Assembly: GCA_964016885.1 (NCBI GenBank)
Contig: OZ024746.1
Span: forward strand, 88,908,001-88,972,000
Direction of reading: 5' to 3'
DNA from: Eledone cirrhosa
Taxonomy: Eukaryota
Length of the DNA: 64,000 bases
Made by a program: the position numbers and the translations under genes. The notes beneath the pieces were generated by a model that was not told where the DNA came from, did not search any database, and saw only the letters and a program-made list of their open reading frames with translations. Below, in pieces: positions 12,555 through 26,492 of this stretch; positions within the stretch are counted from its first letter, which is position 1, and each line of letters begins with the position of its first letter.

Positions 12555-14290
12555 GAATAAGACATAACCCTTTATATCTAGAAAACCGAAGATTAATTTG
12601 AAAGCCCACAAAAGGAATGTTGAAGTAGAACTACCAGTCAGACTCATCGCACTATCTAAACCTGACCTAGGCATAATTAGCAAACTAAATAGGATGATAC
12701 CAGTACTTAAGTAAAAATCACACCTATGGATCGGTAAAAATGAAGTAATAGATTGGTTTGCAGACATTAGATTAAAACATAGGAACAAACTTATTGAAAT
12801 GGATATTGCAAATTACTACTCCTCTATGACCCCTAGCTTACTTAATAAGGCACTTATTTACGCTTCTAAATATACAGACCTATCTAATGCAGAAATGAAT
12901 ATCATTTGAACCTGCACGTAAATACCTAATATAATTTAATAACCATCTCTGGACAATGGCTGATAGACAAAACAATGTTGATATCATTATAGGATCATCT
13001 GATTCAGCTCAAGTAATAGTCTTCGTTGGATTATTTATTATTAATGTACTACATAGAAAAATGCCAGAGTTGGCCGGAGGTTTATATCGCGACGATATGT
13101 TACTTTTAATCGAAAACCATAGCAATAGTGAACTTAATGGAAAAAAGAAATCCATCATAGAGTTTTTCAACAACTACAACATTAAATTAGAAATTGAGAA
13201 TAATAATAAAATTGTTAACTTCTTAGATGTAACTTTAAACCTTAGCTCAGGTCTATATTATCCTTTCCATAAAATTAATGAAAAGCTAAGTTACGTAAGT
13301 TTCAGTTCTAACCATCCTAGATATAGAATAAATACTATTGTCAATAGTGTCCAGCAACGAATCTCACGCAACTCACGCATTTCAGCTAATAAAAACATTT
13401 TTGATAATGAGGCGTGGTAATATGATGAGGCTTTACATGGAGCTGGATACTTGAATATAATTAAATAGTTAGATAACAATAGCATGCACAATCATCCTAA
13501 AATTCACTATAATAATAATAAGCAATTCAACATAAATAGTAAATCAAACAAAAAACACTAGAACTAGAAATATTATTTGGTACTCTCCCCCATTCTCATT
13601 AGGGGTTAACACACCTGTAGCAAAACTACTTTTAAAAGCACTAGATAAATGTTTTCCTAAATCCCACCGATACCATTCTATTTTTAACAGACATACTATT
13701 AAACTATCTTATTCTACTACTATGAACATATCACAAAATATAAATATAATTAATAATAGAAACTTAAATTTAAACCCAAACCAAACAAAGCAAGATAACA
13801 ATAATAATATTTCAAATAACAATATTTATACTAATAATAATAGTACCGTTCCTAGTAAAAATAACTCTCGAAAATGTAACTGTAGAATTGAATCTAACTG
13901 CCCTTTACAGAATAATTGCCTAGATAAAAACTTAATATACAAATGCACAGTAAAAAATAGAGACAACATATTCAACTATATAGGAGCCACTTCTACAAAA
14001 TTCAAAGAACGCTGGTAAAATCACAAACATACATTTAATAGATCCAATAGAAAATCTTTCACATCGCTTTCACATCTAATTTGGTATTTAAGGGACAATA
14101 ATATAGACTAATCAATCTCTTGGTGAACAATTTCGAAAGCACCGGCATACCGAAATACGGTTCTTTCAAGAATTTGTCATTTCTGTATTGAAGAAATTTT
14201 TATATACTTAACTACCAAAATTCTATAAATTTAAAAAATTAGTTATTCAGTTTTTGCAGGCATCGCCAACATACGACTTTCCTTAATCTA
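12555..14290 (+). pseudogene. Disrupted PLE RT-GIY-YIG ORF
   Basis: ORF pieces 12956-13420 and 13722-14018, with several stops and frameshifts. Confidence 0.92.
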
Positions 14291-15023
14291 TAATATTCAT
14301 TTCACTTTACAGCATCTTATATGTCTTTACATTGCTTATGGCGATGTTTAGTGGTGTTTTTTTAATGGTTTCTTCCCTAGTCTTCTTAAATTAATATGTT
14401 TACCAATGATATTCTTTTCCAAATGATACTCTTCTTAATGTGTTTTTTTAGATTGTTAATTTTTTATTTATATTTTCAATGATATCCACTTTTTAGTATA
14501 GTTTACTAAATACACTCATGACGTCCCTAATAATATTTTGTTCTTCCTTTAAACTTTGAACACATGTATCGACGTAGATAGTATCTAAATACATATATAA
14601 TTTAAATTATCATCCTTGAAAACATGTAATATAAAATACCTCATAATATTACACTACATGAAATTAGCATTTTCTAAGTAAATTCTAAAATATATGACAA
14701 ATCTACCGTTAATAGTTTAACAACTAATATTGGAGATATTTTTCCCTTTATAATGGAGCAAACATAGACATTCTTCGTAACAAAGTATATATAATAAATT
14801 CTATGTAATTACGTTGAATGTACAAAATGTTCTTCGCTACTAAACTTTGAACTACGTCTCTGTCTTAACTATTTATTTAAAATGTAAACACATCCTTCGT
14901 AATATATATGGAAAATGTAAACAAATTAATATGTGTGTTTTATATCTATTACAAATAACAGAATATATAATCACCAATAATATTTATTTTACATATATAG
15001 ATATTTATATATTTATGACCTGG

Positions 15024-15423
15024 TGGAGAAAGAGAAACTTATATTAAAATGTACGTGAATTTACAAATTAAAACGTTAAAAATTAAAATTTTGTTGAGTG
15101 GTAGAATGTCAATCCAGAAATTTAAAATGTAACTAAAGCATGAGTTATGATATTATATATATAATCATTATAATTGGATTATATGAAGAATTATGGTTGT
15201 AAGTACACTTTATCTTATTATAATAATAATAAGATAAAGTGTAATTACAACCATAATTTGTCATACAATCTAATTATATTGATTATATATATAATATTAT
15301 AACTCCTGCTTTAGTTACATTTTATATTTCTGGATTGATATTTTACCATTTCAACAAACTTTTAATTTTTAACGTTTTAATTTGTAAATTCACGTACATT
15401 TTAATATAAGCTTCTCTTTCTCC
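15024..15423. repeat. 400-bp near-perfect palindrome
   Basis: GGAGAAAGAGAAACTTATATTAAAATGTACGTG... versus ...CACGTACATTTTAATATAAGCTTCTCTTTCTCC, with the axis near 15223. Confidence 0.95.
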
Positions 15424-15663
15424 TTCCTATTTATATATGCCTAATAATTAATTATTTAATTCTACGTAAATAACGATTATTTCAGTCCTACGCTTGAACT
15501 CCATTTGGATATTTATCAAAATAATTTGAAATATTTGTTCTTCTTTCCTCTCTTCCTCTTTTTTTCTTAATTTTTCCTCTTTCCTCTCACTATCCAAACA
15601 GAACCTGAACCGTTAAGGTCTGATTCCTGGGAATGTCACTATTTATGAAACACATTTTGTATG

Positions 15664-15716
15664 TTATCTGATGAGGGTTTACCAAAGTGTTGGTACCCCT
15701 GAAATATATATAATAG
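15664..15716 (+). ncRNA. Minimal type I hammerhead ribozyme
   Basis: TTAT CTGATGA GGGTTTACCAA AGTG TTGGTACCCCT GAAA TATATA TA ATAG. Stem III is palindromic and stem II has 2 mismatches. Confidence 0.75.
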
Positions 15717-16039
15717 AAGAAATATGGTTTTATAAATATAGTTTCCATTGATTAATATCATTGATATATATATATATATATATACATGTATCCCGATTTC
15801 AATGGGGGGGGGGGTACCACAGTAAGTAATGTACTCAATACATACAGTATATCCAATATTTAATATAGAAATGGCTTCTACAGGACTGGAACTGTTTCAT
15901 TCGAAGGAAATATATATATTTGTATATAGCCTAGCTGTAAACGATTTGATAAATTTCATAGATTACGACCAGTATTAGTTCAAGCCAAGAATAACTCATT
16001 AGCAGCAACTCTTTACGTTCTTTAGATGATCATTTACTA

Positions 16040-17500
16040 CACAGGTACTACTTGTAAAAACGGCCCCGAAATATTGGAACTTCACCACCTCTTTCATTGG
16101 TTCTGCACGTCTATTTGGAACCCTTCTGTTTGCTTTGAGAGAACGAGTCGTGTCTCTATATTAACAGTAGTGATTTTCAAAGCTGGTGTGCAGCACTCAG
16201 CAGGAAAGCTGTTAAGTGCGTATCGGGAGAAACCTTTCAATAGTTTAAACTATAGCATGTCCTCTGCAAATTCTCCCACCTATCTTGATATCACAGCCAA
16301 CCTGACTGCACATGTCAATCATGTTCATGATCATCATGACAAAAAAGCTAAGTGTTCGCTTCCTACATTCAATATTTTCCAGTAAGGAAGGTCTATATTA
16401 GCGCATTGGTATAGAGATTTCAGCGCAACAAAAAGTTGTCTATCAACGCCCTACGCATGCTAAACCTACAACTGGTCTTCTAGAATTTTCTCATATGCTT
16501 TTTGCGTTCTGCGAAACAAGCGTAAATATATTTGTAATACTCTCAGGATGTCATAAATAACAGTCACAGTGTGAATATTGGTTCGGATATGCTGCAACTG
16601 GAGGGTAAACTGCACTTGCCATCAGCTACCTCGAACACGAGAATATCGCTACATCTATAGCCCAGTAACTAATAGGCTTTACCTGGGATGCGTTACAAGG
16701 AAATCGCTCTATAATTCGAGAAATCTCGTTTTTCTCCCTTTTCGAAAATTAAGGTTATTATACCTAATTACCATTGCTTAGGTGCCTTTCACATATCCAG
16801 ATCACCCCGCTAAACGCGAATCAGCAATATGATACCTTCTTTAATAAGTGCGTTTAACATCACGAGCGGAAAATCTTCAGTACAAGCGGCTCAACGACAC
16901 TTGAGATTTACAATTACTATTGTGATCTCAGCCTGCGAGTAGTTATAATTCAGCCCCAGATACACCTCCTTTCCATCGGAATATCCTATTGGTGGATTTA
17001 GGAGAATGCGCCTCACTGAAGACAGTTGAACTCCGGACATACCTGCAAAGAAGAGGAATTCAAATTATGATGATATACCAGAATACTTAATTTGCGGATC
17101 CGAAGTGGGCCTTCAACCTAACCTCAAAGCCCTACATGTCTTAACTTTGGACACCTTTATTGTCTCTGCTGCAACATTTCGCGACGTCTTATGCCCCAAG
17201 TGCAAAAGGAGGCCTTATTTCCAAGACCATGTATGTAAACCTCTTTCTAACCTCTGATAGCGTATCTAACTACCGGGATTGAATCAATGGGTCCGCCTAT
17301 GACGTGGTGTCACACCAAACCACATTCAGCCGTGACATTTCATAGCCGAAGCAGTTTCAATCCATTTCAATCCGTTCAGCATCCCCAATTTTCTCAGTTC
17401 CACAAGGATTTCTCAGAATTTGGATGCAATTTCCCCGCAAACATGCTCATTATTCATTATCTGGCAGGTCCTCTAGGACAGTTATATATAATAGTTTCGC
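16040..17500 (-). mobile_element. Decayed RTE-clade LINE reverse transcriptase region
   Basis: Minus strand: W*LGIITLIFEKGEKRDFSNYRAISL*RIPGKAY, GVDRQLFVALKSLY, EFAEDML (FADD), ALNSFPAEC, KEVVKFQYFGAVFTS. Confidence 0.88.
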
Positions 17501-17623
17501 AGAGGTTTTTACTACAATAATGAGTAGGTTATTGTTAGAATAAGTGCCTGCAAACTATAGTTACAAGTAATCATATCTAGCGTACGAAAAGAGTGGCAGT
17601 TATAGTCAAATCATGAGTCAGGG

Positions 17624-17662
<39 letters not shown>

Positions 17663-17675
17663 TATTATATTATAT

Positions 17676-17765
<90 letters not shown>

Positions 17766-17768
17766 GAC

Positions 17769-18155
17769 TGAATATATACTTGGGGAGGGTCATATTTGTG
17801 TAATAATATTGCCAGAATGAATAACAGAACACACTCACTATTTGGTTGGTTTTCGGCTCTGTATCTTTATAAAAGATGGCGTAGGCATACAATACAACAG
17901 GACGAAACATAATAGCACCCCTAGCGGAGTTGCAGATGTGCAACGAAAGAACTTTCTAAGACTATATATATGTGTTTGTGTCTATATTATATCTGTATTT
18001 TTGACCGTTGGTCAGTCAATGGTAACATTGAGGAACGAATAAATTAAATTAACCGATATAAAAGACACAGAAGTGAAAACCAACCAAACAGTGAGTGTGT
18101 TCTGTTATTAATTCTGGCAATATTATTACACAAATATGACCCTCCCCAAGTATAC
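17769..18155 (+). mobile_element. Solo pLTR of the Neptune-type PLE with an inverted 5' arm
   Basis: 17875-18155 matches 39040-39320, and 17769-17870 is the reverse complement of 18055-18155. Confidence 0.85.
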
Positions 18156-18214
18156 CAATATTTGTTTTGACACGATTTCATATCAAATGCCTCGCAAAAC
18201 TAATTCATCGGCGT

Positions 18215-18245
<31 letters not shown>

Positions 18246-20561
18246 CATATTGATAACTGTATCGAAATTAATATCGAACACATTTCCAATTATATTAAAT
18301 TCCCGCGCCAGTCAATTAATTAAGTTTCTCATAATAATCTCCGAAACACTTCAAAAACGTATATGTCAAAAAGGAAGCTAATTTGAAAATAACATGCGAT
18401 TAAAATTATTTGTAGATAATGAAAAATATAATCGGGTAATAAGTATAGAAGTCTCATAATCAAATTTGTAAAATGTTTTTAATTGTCGTATGGTCGAATG
18501 AGTGGACCTCGTTAGAATTCTCACGTTTAGTGGAGCATGATGTTTTTCAAAAAATTAATTACGCACTAGTAGATATGCACGTGCCAGAAAAGCGAACATG
18601 TTCTTTATGGCTGCATCTTATCTTTCGTGGTATCAATTGATTTAACAACGATGAACACCAATTCAATGTCTGATCAGCATTAGACGAAATTACTGCTTTA
18701 TTTGCCAACCCATATTAGGCAGCTTGAACACATTATGAAACTGATATTTGTTCAATCAATAGTTACATTGTGTATTCATTTTATCAAGTTAATAAGGTTA
18801 TAACGTTCCGCTTTATAAATTTCATCTTAAGTGTTCCTAATAATTATAAATTTGTAATTACAATAATTTTGAATCGATGTGAACAATGGTCATCATTATT
18901 AGACTTATATGCTATTATATATCCAGAAATAGCAGCTCACCAAAATAGTCGCGGATTCCAAATGTAAGTAAACTTTCTAAAGAATTTGTAAATATAATAC
19001 CAACAAAGTAACTAGCAATACTTTAATTCAAACTTTCATATACAACTGTATATATTGATAAACATGAAGGGAGGATTTTCCTTTTTAAGAAATAAGGGGA
19101 AAAGAAAAACCAATGAATAGAAATTAGTGAAAGCCAATGACGTGTATATGATGATGGTGATAAAAAGCATTTTTGTCTGGAATAGAAATTTATAAGGGCT
19201 GAATAAATAATTCCAAATCATTAGGGAGGGATGACAAGAGAGACACTCTCCTATGGACACGTCGAGGATAGACAGCCGTGGTCTAGATGAACATTTTCAC
19301 AAAAAGGTGAATGACCAGTCAAAACCATAATTTTTTTCATAATGTGTTCCTCTGTCTTGCAAGATTTTAAATCTGCATTCATATTTCTGGTATTACAATT
19401 TATTTTAAAGAGCAGGGAACGTCATGGTATTATTTTATCAATACTCATACTTGAATTCACAAAGATTTAACTAACCACTCTTCTGATTTCACAACTCATT
19501 GTACAATCACGCATATTCACTGAAAGGAATTGAATTACCACGTATATTGACCATTTAGAGGTCACTTCCTACAATTTATGTGAGCATCTGATAGGGATAA
19601 TTTAAAAATGTACACGAATACACCTAAATGTATTTTTTATAGTTTCCTACAATATTCTTTTTCAAAATTGTATTATAAAAAATGATAATTCCCTTTTCAT
19701 AAAGAACTACTGGACATACTTTCTAATTCTCGTCAAAGTCTGTCATGCAACACCTCTTCTGTATTTAGAATTGTGTACATTCTTAATCGAAGGCGCAAAT
19801 CAATGATAATTGTGCTTCATCGTTTCGAGACAAGCGCCAACATTGTGCAATTCTATTTAATAATTAAAAACCAAATGCATAGACTAAAATATAGATTATA
19901 AACTGTTCATATTTTTGCAACTCGATTTTGTTACAATATCTTCCTGGAGCATAAAATGATAACGAAAAGTCAACGGCCTTTCTATTTCCTATCCATAACG
20001 ACAACCTAACAAGTCCAATACAATGAGAGATAATTTAGGCTAAACATATAATTGAGTCTTAATCGGTTCATATTTCTTTCACGTGAGATTACAAATGGGG
20101 AATAGCCATTTGGCCCAAAGCAATCTACCCAATACACGCGATATATTTAATAAGTTTGCTATTAAGCCACAGTGCTAGAAATAGAAAAGCATTCCCTAAG
20201 ATAGCAAAGGTTGAAGAAAGAACACTTCAAAATGGATGAAGATTCAGTCCGGTATAGTTTATGTTAAACCATTTTACTTCTCTTATTAGAAATCAGTTCC
20301 ACAACAGTGGTTTGCATGTGTGTAAGTGTGTGTGGAAAAGGCTAATGTAAAGACAATTGGATAACTAGAAATTACGATAAAGATATATATTAACTTAACG
20401 CTTGGATAGTTGGAGAATTGTCTGCAATGTTGTTATGTAATTCCTACACCGAACAAATAGTAAGATAGACAATGGTAAGAAAAAGAAGAACTGGAAATAA
20501 TCATTTTCGGTCGGAGAAGAGCATATGATTCTATAGTAAGCCATTTCCGAGAAGTCAAATG

Positions 20562-20673
<112 letters not shown>

Positions 20674-20676
20674 ACC

Positions 20677-21560
20677 ATATCATAGATTGAGTTAGAAACT
20701 CAAAATATTCTTTTACAATTAAATAGCTCAAAGAAGGGAATCTTTCCGAGCCGTGTAATATAATTGGATATATGAGAGGAATTAACACAGATATAAGTGT
20801 TCATGTGTTCCAATTGCAAATGACCAAGTTAGCTAGGTTGAAAAATACTAATTTAAAACAATATAGTTTGCCTGACTCGATTTAAAGTAATAAATCAATA
20901 AAAATTACAAACCTATATCGGGCAATAGCCTTTGATACCCGGACAGACGCAAATCTGTTTCACAAGAATTATTAAGTGAAAGCCATAATTCCTGTGCTCT
21001 TCTGCGAAAACACATGTACACTTGTATCTGTGTTCATCGCTCTCATATATCCAATTATATTGCGGCTCGGAAAGATTCCCTTCCTTGAACTATTTAATTG
21101 TAAAAGACTATTTTGAGTTTCTAACTCAATCTATGATATTCTCGGCTCCTTTTGTAGAGCTAACTTTAGTCTCATAAACCCAGCTGCTATTTTAGCGGTA
21201 TGAGTATGAGCCTCGCTAAGCGCTGCGACATGTGCGTTTATATCAACGCTTCGTTCAGTCGTCTTAGATCCTTTGAAGTGAAATGTACAATTTTCCTGGA
21301 TACCCGCAGAAGAACACGGGAAATCTGGCTTTCAATTAATAATTCTTGCGGAACAGATTCGCGTCTGTCCAGGTATCGAAGGCTATTGCTAGATATAGGT
21401 TTGTTATTTTTATTGATTTATTAATTTAAATCGAATCAGGCAAACTATATTGTTTTAAATTAGTATGTATTCAACCATGCTAACTTGGTCATTTCCAATT
21501 GGAACACATGTATACGTATCTCGGTGTTCATCCCTCTCATATATCCAATTATATTATATA
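20677..21560. mobile_element. ORF-less HHR-bearing tandem-unit element (family C, about 494-nt unit) plus an inverted copy
   Basis: 21009-21060 repeats at 21503-21557, and 20677-21006 is an inverted copy that crosses the unit junction. The element is flanked by (TA)n. Confidence 0.85.
21299..21377 (+). ncRNA. Hammerhead-like motif with a variant or decayed core
   Basis: Stem I GATACCCG/CAGGTATC, core CAGAAGA, GGAA (GAAA in the inverted copy), stem III CAGA..TCTG, GUC triplet. Confidence 0.7.
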
Positions 21561-21619
21561 TATATATTTAATATAGAAATGGCTTCTACAGGATTAGAAT
21601 TGTTTCGTGCGGGAGAATT

Positions 21620-21680
<61 letters not shown>

Positions 21681-21681
<1 letters not shown>

Positions 21682-21867
21682 AGGAAAGAGTCAGGAACCC
21701 GTCGGTTGAGCTCCAGCCACTTCGACAGCAAGTTCTGAACGTTGTTGCAACGGCCGGAGCTCAGCCATCGGAGTCCTGATTCTTTTCCTATTACACAAAC
21801 TAATACCCATAGTATCGAGTACTCTGGGGCGTTATGCTCCACCAGGTACCTTACCCCACTTCCTTCG

Positions 21868-21870
<3 letters not shown>
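21681..21870. mobile_element. Family B hairpin element
   Basis: Same arms as 11661, 41771 and 56090; ends CCTTCGTTA(TA)n. Confidence 0.85.
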
Positions 21871-21950
<80 letters not shown>

Positions 21951-22340
21951 GATATAACGAAGGAAGTATATATATATATATATAACCGGGGAGTGTAACA
22001 TGAAGTAACTCTAGGTGAGCACTCAACGTTTATATTCACGTCAGTAGCGAGGTGTAGAGCTAAAGAGTGTAAATATAATAATACAAGGACAATTTGTTAT
22101 GCCTTCATCCCCACAACCCACATCAACCATCGCTCCTTACCACCACCTCGTCACTATGAAGCCCCCCGCCCACCTATCGCACATGCCCTAACATTCCTCA
22201 CAGCTAAACCACCAATTAAAAAAACATAAACTGACCACCATATGAACACGAAACTATACAGACTTTTCTATGCTTTATATGTTCATTCTCTCATTACAAC
22301 AGCAGAGGTCCGCCGAGCCTTTGACTCCAGAATCGGACCA

Positions 22341-22383
22341 GTTCAAAGCTTGAGCGGATTAATAGCGAAACGCGCGTATGAAC
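22341..22383 (+). ncRNA. Decayed type I hammerhead
   Basis: GTTCA [AAGCTTGA, decayed core] GC..GC GAAA CGCGCG TA TGAAC. Stem I is 5 bp and stem III is palindromic. Confidence 0.6.
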
Positions 22384-22504
22384 GTAATGAAATCATAACA
22401 AATCGTCCTTGTATCATTATATATATACCAGTAATGCACTGGATAATTGCTGGCCTTGTGCCTAACGTAGAAACGATTATATACACACACACACACAAAC
22501 ACAC

Positions 22505-22653
<149 letters not shown>

Positions 22654-22833
22654 AATATATATATATACGTATATATTTAGAAACACACAGATACATGCGG
22701 ACACACACATATACATGAATGCATCCGCACCCAACCGTGAGTTAAGGGTGCCAACTTCACCGATGTTGCTCAATGAATGACTGGGACAGACCAATCCGGT
22801 TGAACTAGACTGAACCAGTATCAGAGTTAAAAA

Positions 22834-23004
22834 TACATTATGAAGAGAGAAGAAACATTTAGATATAAGGACTCTATATCTTTATGATGTATTGTTTTTG
22901 TTTATGCCACGAAACTACGTAGTCGAGGAATCTAGGAGCAGTTTAGGTATGATACATTTTATTACTAATTATATCTAAATGTTTCTTCTCTCTTCATAAT
23001 GTAT
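22834..23004. repeat. 35-bp inverted arms enclosing a decayed hammerhead
   Basis: TACATTATGAAGAGAGAAGAAACATTTAGATATAA and its reverse complement. Inside: TTTATGA..GAAA CTACGTAG TC (22881-22924). Confidence 0.7.
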
Positions 23005-23932
23005 ATACGTATATATATATATGTGTGTGTGTCGGTGTGGGTGTGTGTGTGTGTGTGTGTGATGTGTGTGCAGGTATTTGTACATGTCTTTGTGTGTGCG
23101 TGTCTGCGTGCGTATTTCAAAGGAGATATGATTAAATCTATGCTAATATACTATCTAATAAAATACAATTCTTATTTTCTTTCAGGTATTTCATGAGTGA
23201 TGAAATGTTTCTTGTTTCAGGTGATAGCAAATGTATTCATCTTTGATTATCTTGATTTTTTACCTCTGTATTATCCATCATGGCAGATGGCAATTCCATG
23301 AAATTGTGCTACGGCTCTTATTCGGAGTCTGTTATTTTCATTTTTCTTTTTTGCTTTTAATCTGTTACCTGCTAGGATTCACGTTCATATCCTCTAGCTC
23401 CCCAGGAAAATTTGCTGAAACAATGAATTTAAACTAATGCAGATAGTAAAGAATGAATGAAATTAAAAGGTGAAGGTAAAAAAAGATGAGGAATATGAGA
23501 AAAAATCACTGAGTAATAGAATAAATAATTGGGGTTTGGGAGATTTTTATGTATTTCTATACATTTGTATATCGTTTTATATAGCATTGCGAGTGTTGTG
23601 TTAGTTAATGTTTGCATGAATAGAATTGATTGACTGAACGCATGGCTATATATAAGAAATTAGATAATAAACGTAACGAGTTTGAATAATACAAGTAAAC
23701 AAAAATATGTATATTAAGGTAATTGAATACTGGTTCTGTAATTTGCCCTAACTAAGTAAGAGCGGTGTGGAAAGGTGTGCAGAATAAAAATACAGATATA
23801 TAGCAAGCCTTCCCAAAAAATATGTTCGACACAGATAAGCGTATAGCTTCATTAAGAGAAACGTGCATGTATATATTTTGCTCACAGCTAAATAGACCAA
23901 TATATTTCAACACGCCTTCACATACACCCAGA

Positions 23933-23990
<58 letters not shown>

Positions 23991-24045
23991 GGTGTGCGTA
24001 TGTATATATATATATATATATATTTACATATACACATACTCACAT

Positions 24046-24113
<68 letters not shown>

Positions 24114-24173
24114 GAATGTATGTATGTAAGTATATATGTACATATAAATATATATATATACATATATATATGT

Positions 24174-24253
<80 letters not shown>

Positions 24254-25182
24254 ACCAATTCTGATGTGATGTTCACCACGGGATAAATTGCCCTGTTAAT
24301 GGATCCCGAATTAATAGAATAAGGGAGCGCCTACGTACTGCGTCGAAAAAGTTTATATTTGCCACCACAAATATATTATTTTCACTAAATTAGAAACAGT
24401 TATAGTCTTTACGTCCGTGCAATTAACATACTATATCTCCATAAAAAGGGATCGATGAAATTATTTATTAAATTCGGGGACATTCTGTTTAGTAAATATT
24501 TCTAATAGTTTTTAACTTTCTAATATTTGCATCTTGAAACTTAGAATTAATAAAACCAAAAATAGGAATATGTATGTACTGCATAAGTAACACCGTCAGT
24601 ATCCTTTAAAAAAAATAGGTTCGCTGCAGGTGTATATATAATAGATTAATTAAACTACAGCTGTCACAAATTTGCACGATGACTCATTATTTTTTATGTA
24701 GATATATTCTGTAACCTAGTACATATCTTGTATTTATTTTATCGACCACGGAATACTGGATGTGTAATGTGTGTTCAGCATGACCTGAACACAGAACGAC
24801 CCCCATACTAAACACTGCTAAACATTCTAGGCCACTACTTTCAGCCAAAACCTTGTGACATTGCAATCATCTCAAACTTTTTCAAAAGAATATTAATTCA
24901 ATTGTCTGTGAAATTAATTCTTAACGTATTTAAATTATTTTGCAATTTCTTTGAAATACCCTATCAGCTACCTCCAGGATTTTAATTTTTTGTTATCTAA
25001 ATCTTAAATTTAATTACGCTATTCATCTTGTAAACCAGCAGTTACAGCATTATATAATTTGTAACATAATTTATTCGGATTTTAGCATGTTTTCACATTG
25101 GAATCACTACATGAATTACTCTGACGGAAATATAATATATGAACATATTAGTGCATTTAGATTGTATACACACACACGCAGA

Positions 25183-25323
<141 letters not shown>

Positions 25324-25457
25324 TTATATATATATATATATATATAAATGAAAGTATAGAAATTATTGTGAGCGTGAAGCCAACAGTATTTCACACACAT
25401 ATATATATATATATATATATGTGTATATATGTGTGTGTGTATATATATATGTATGTC

Positions 25458-25960
25458 AGGTGGGTGACTTTGGACATCCTGCAACACTAAAACCAAAACC
25501 TGTCAAAAGGGCAAATGATCTCTTAAGCGTCAATGGCCATCCAAAATCACCGGGAGAGATGAGCCCTTAGCCTTTGACAAGGCAGCATTTTAGGAGAAGG
25601 AAAACTCTGATATAACACCTGCAACCCCGATGGTATCCAATGATGTTGACTTGTTCTTCTTTTTGGTAAATATCATCTTGGTTAAGAGAGTGGGACTGGT
25701 TTTATGCAGTGCCTTTGTTCACTTTAAAAGCTTCACGGCACAGGCATTGCTATATATCTGGAGCTCTCTCTCTGCACTTGTCGTCACATGGTACCATGGG
25801 CCCAGCACTATGTGTCAATAATTGTCACAAGTGTAGTGTTTGTACTAGAGTTTTCAAGTCGCTGGCTGGACTAAAAAGTCATATTCGTTCAGCGCATAAG
25901 TAGGGCTTCTACATGGATATAAAGTAGTGGCCGTACTCGAAAACCAGTTGGCATCCACCA
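25458..25960 (+). mobile_element. Internally deleted (bipartite) RTE-derived element
   Basis: RTE-like 5' UTR motif TAGGAGAAGGAAAACTCTGA, then a C-terminal C2H2 finger CSVCTRVFKSLAGLKSHIRSAH*, a short 3' UTR and (TA)n. Confidence 0.7.
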
Positions 25961-26492
25961 TATATATATATATATAAGTAATATAGAAATGGCTTCTACA
26001 GGACTAGACATTTTAATTCGGGAGAAATCATCTGGACGCTCTTATACTCTGCTCTATTACCCTGTGGTTACCCCATATATATATAAGTGTGTGTGTGAAA
26101 TATATATATATTTATAATTACGCATGTCTACATGTTTGTGTGTTCCTATATATTTTCAAGTTTCCAGATATTGCAGCTATTTGTAGGTTAAGAATTAAGT
26201 AGATGAATTTTTCTCCACAACTCTAAGTTCACTAATACATGAGTCAGGGCTGCTTGGTCTATACATTGTACGTTTAATATAAATTGGGAGGAAACAAGAC
26301 GTTTTCATGGATGCTGGATCTCCAAACAATTCAGCAATTATACCTAGGTATCCTCCGTCTCTTGAATTTTTCTTACCCAAACTGATATCAAGTGGGCAGC
26401 TGAATTCTAAATCGTAAAGATTTCAGGTGTTATCCCAACAAAAATATAAGTGTGGTTGTGCATTAATTTATTGGCGATCATTTTTATGATCA

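Larger units (their letters stand above)
12264..15765 (+). mobile_element. Penelope-like element, Naiad-type, decayed, with an inverted copy of its 3' region at the 5' end
   Basis: SKPDLGIISK, GSSDSAQ, GLYRDDML, VNFLDVTLNL, SNHP, IIWYSPPF, CNCRIESNCPLQNNC, LIYKC..YIGATSTKFKERW, CHFCIEE, CRH. 12264-12554 is the reverse complement of 14610-14860. Confidence 0.93.

Noticed and set aside
14118-14130. In-frame TGA in a Naiad endonuclease as selenocysteine (some Naiads encode selenoproteins)
   Set aside because: It aligns with Ser in element 1, not a Cys position, and the ORF has many other stops.
15024-15423. G/T mismatches between palindrome arms as a trace of A-to-I editing
   Set aside because: Ordinary C-to-T decay explains them equally well, and opposite-direction transitions also occur.
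23170-23230. Two polypyrimidine-CAG splice acceptor-like sites
   Set aside because: No coding signal or clear partner exon; such sites are common in AT-rich DNA.
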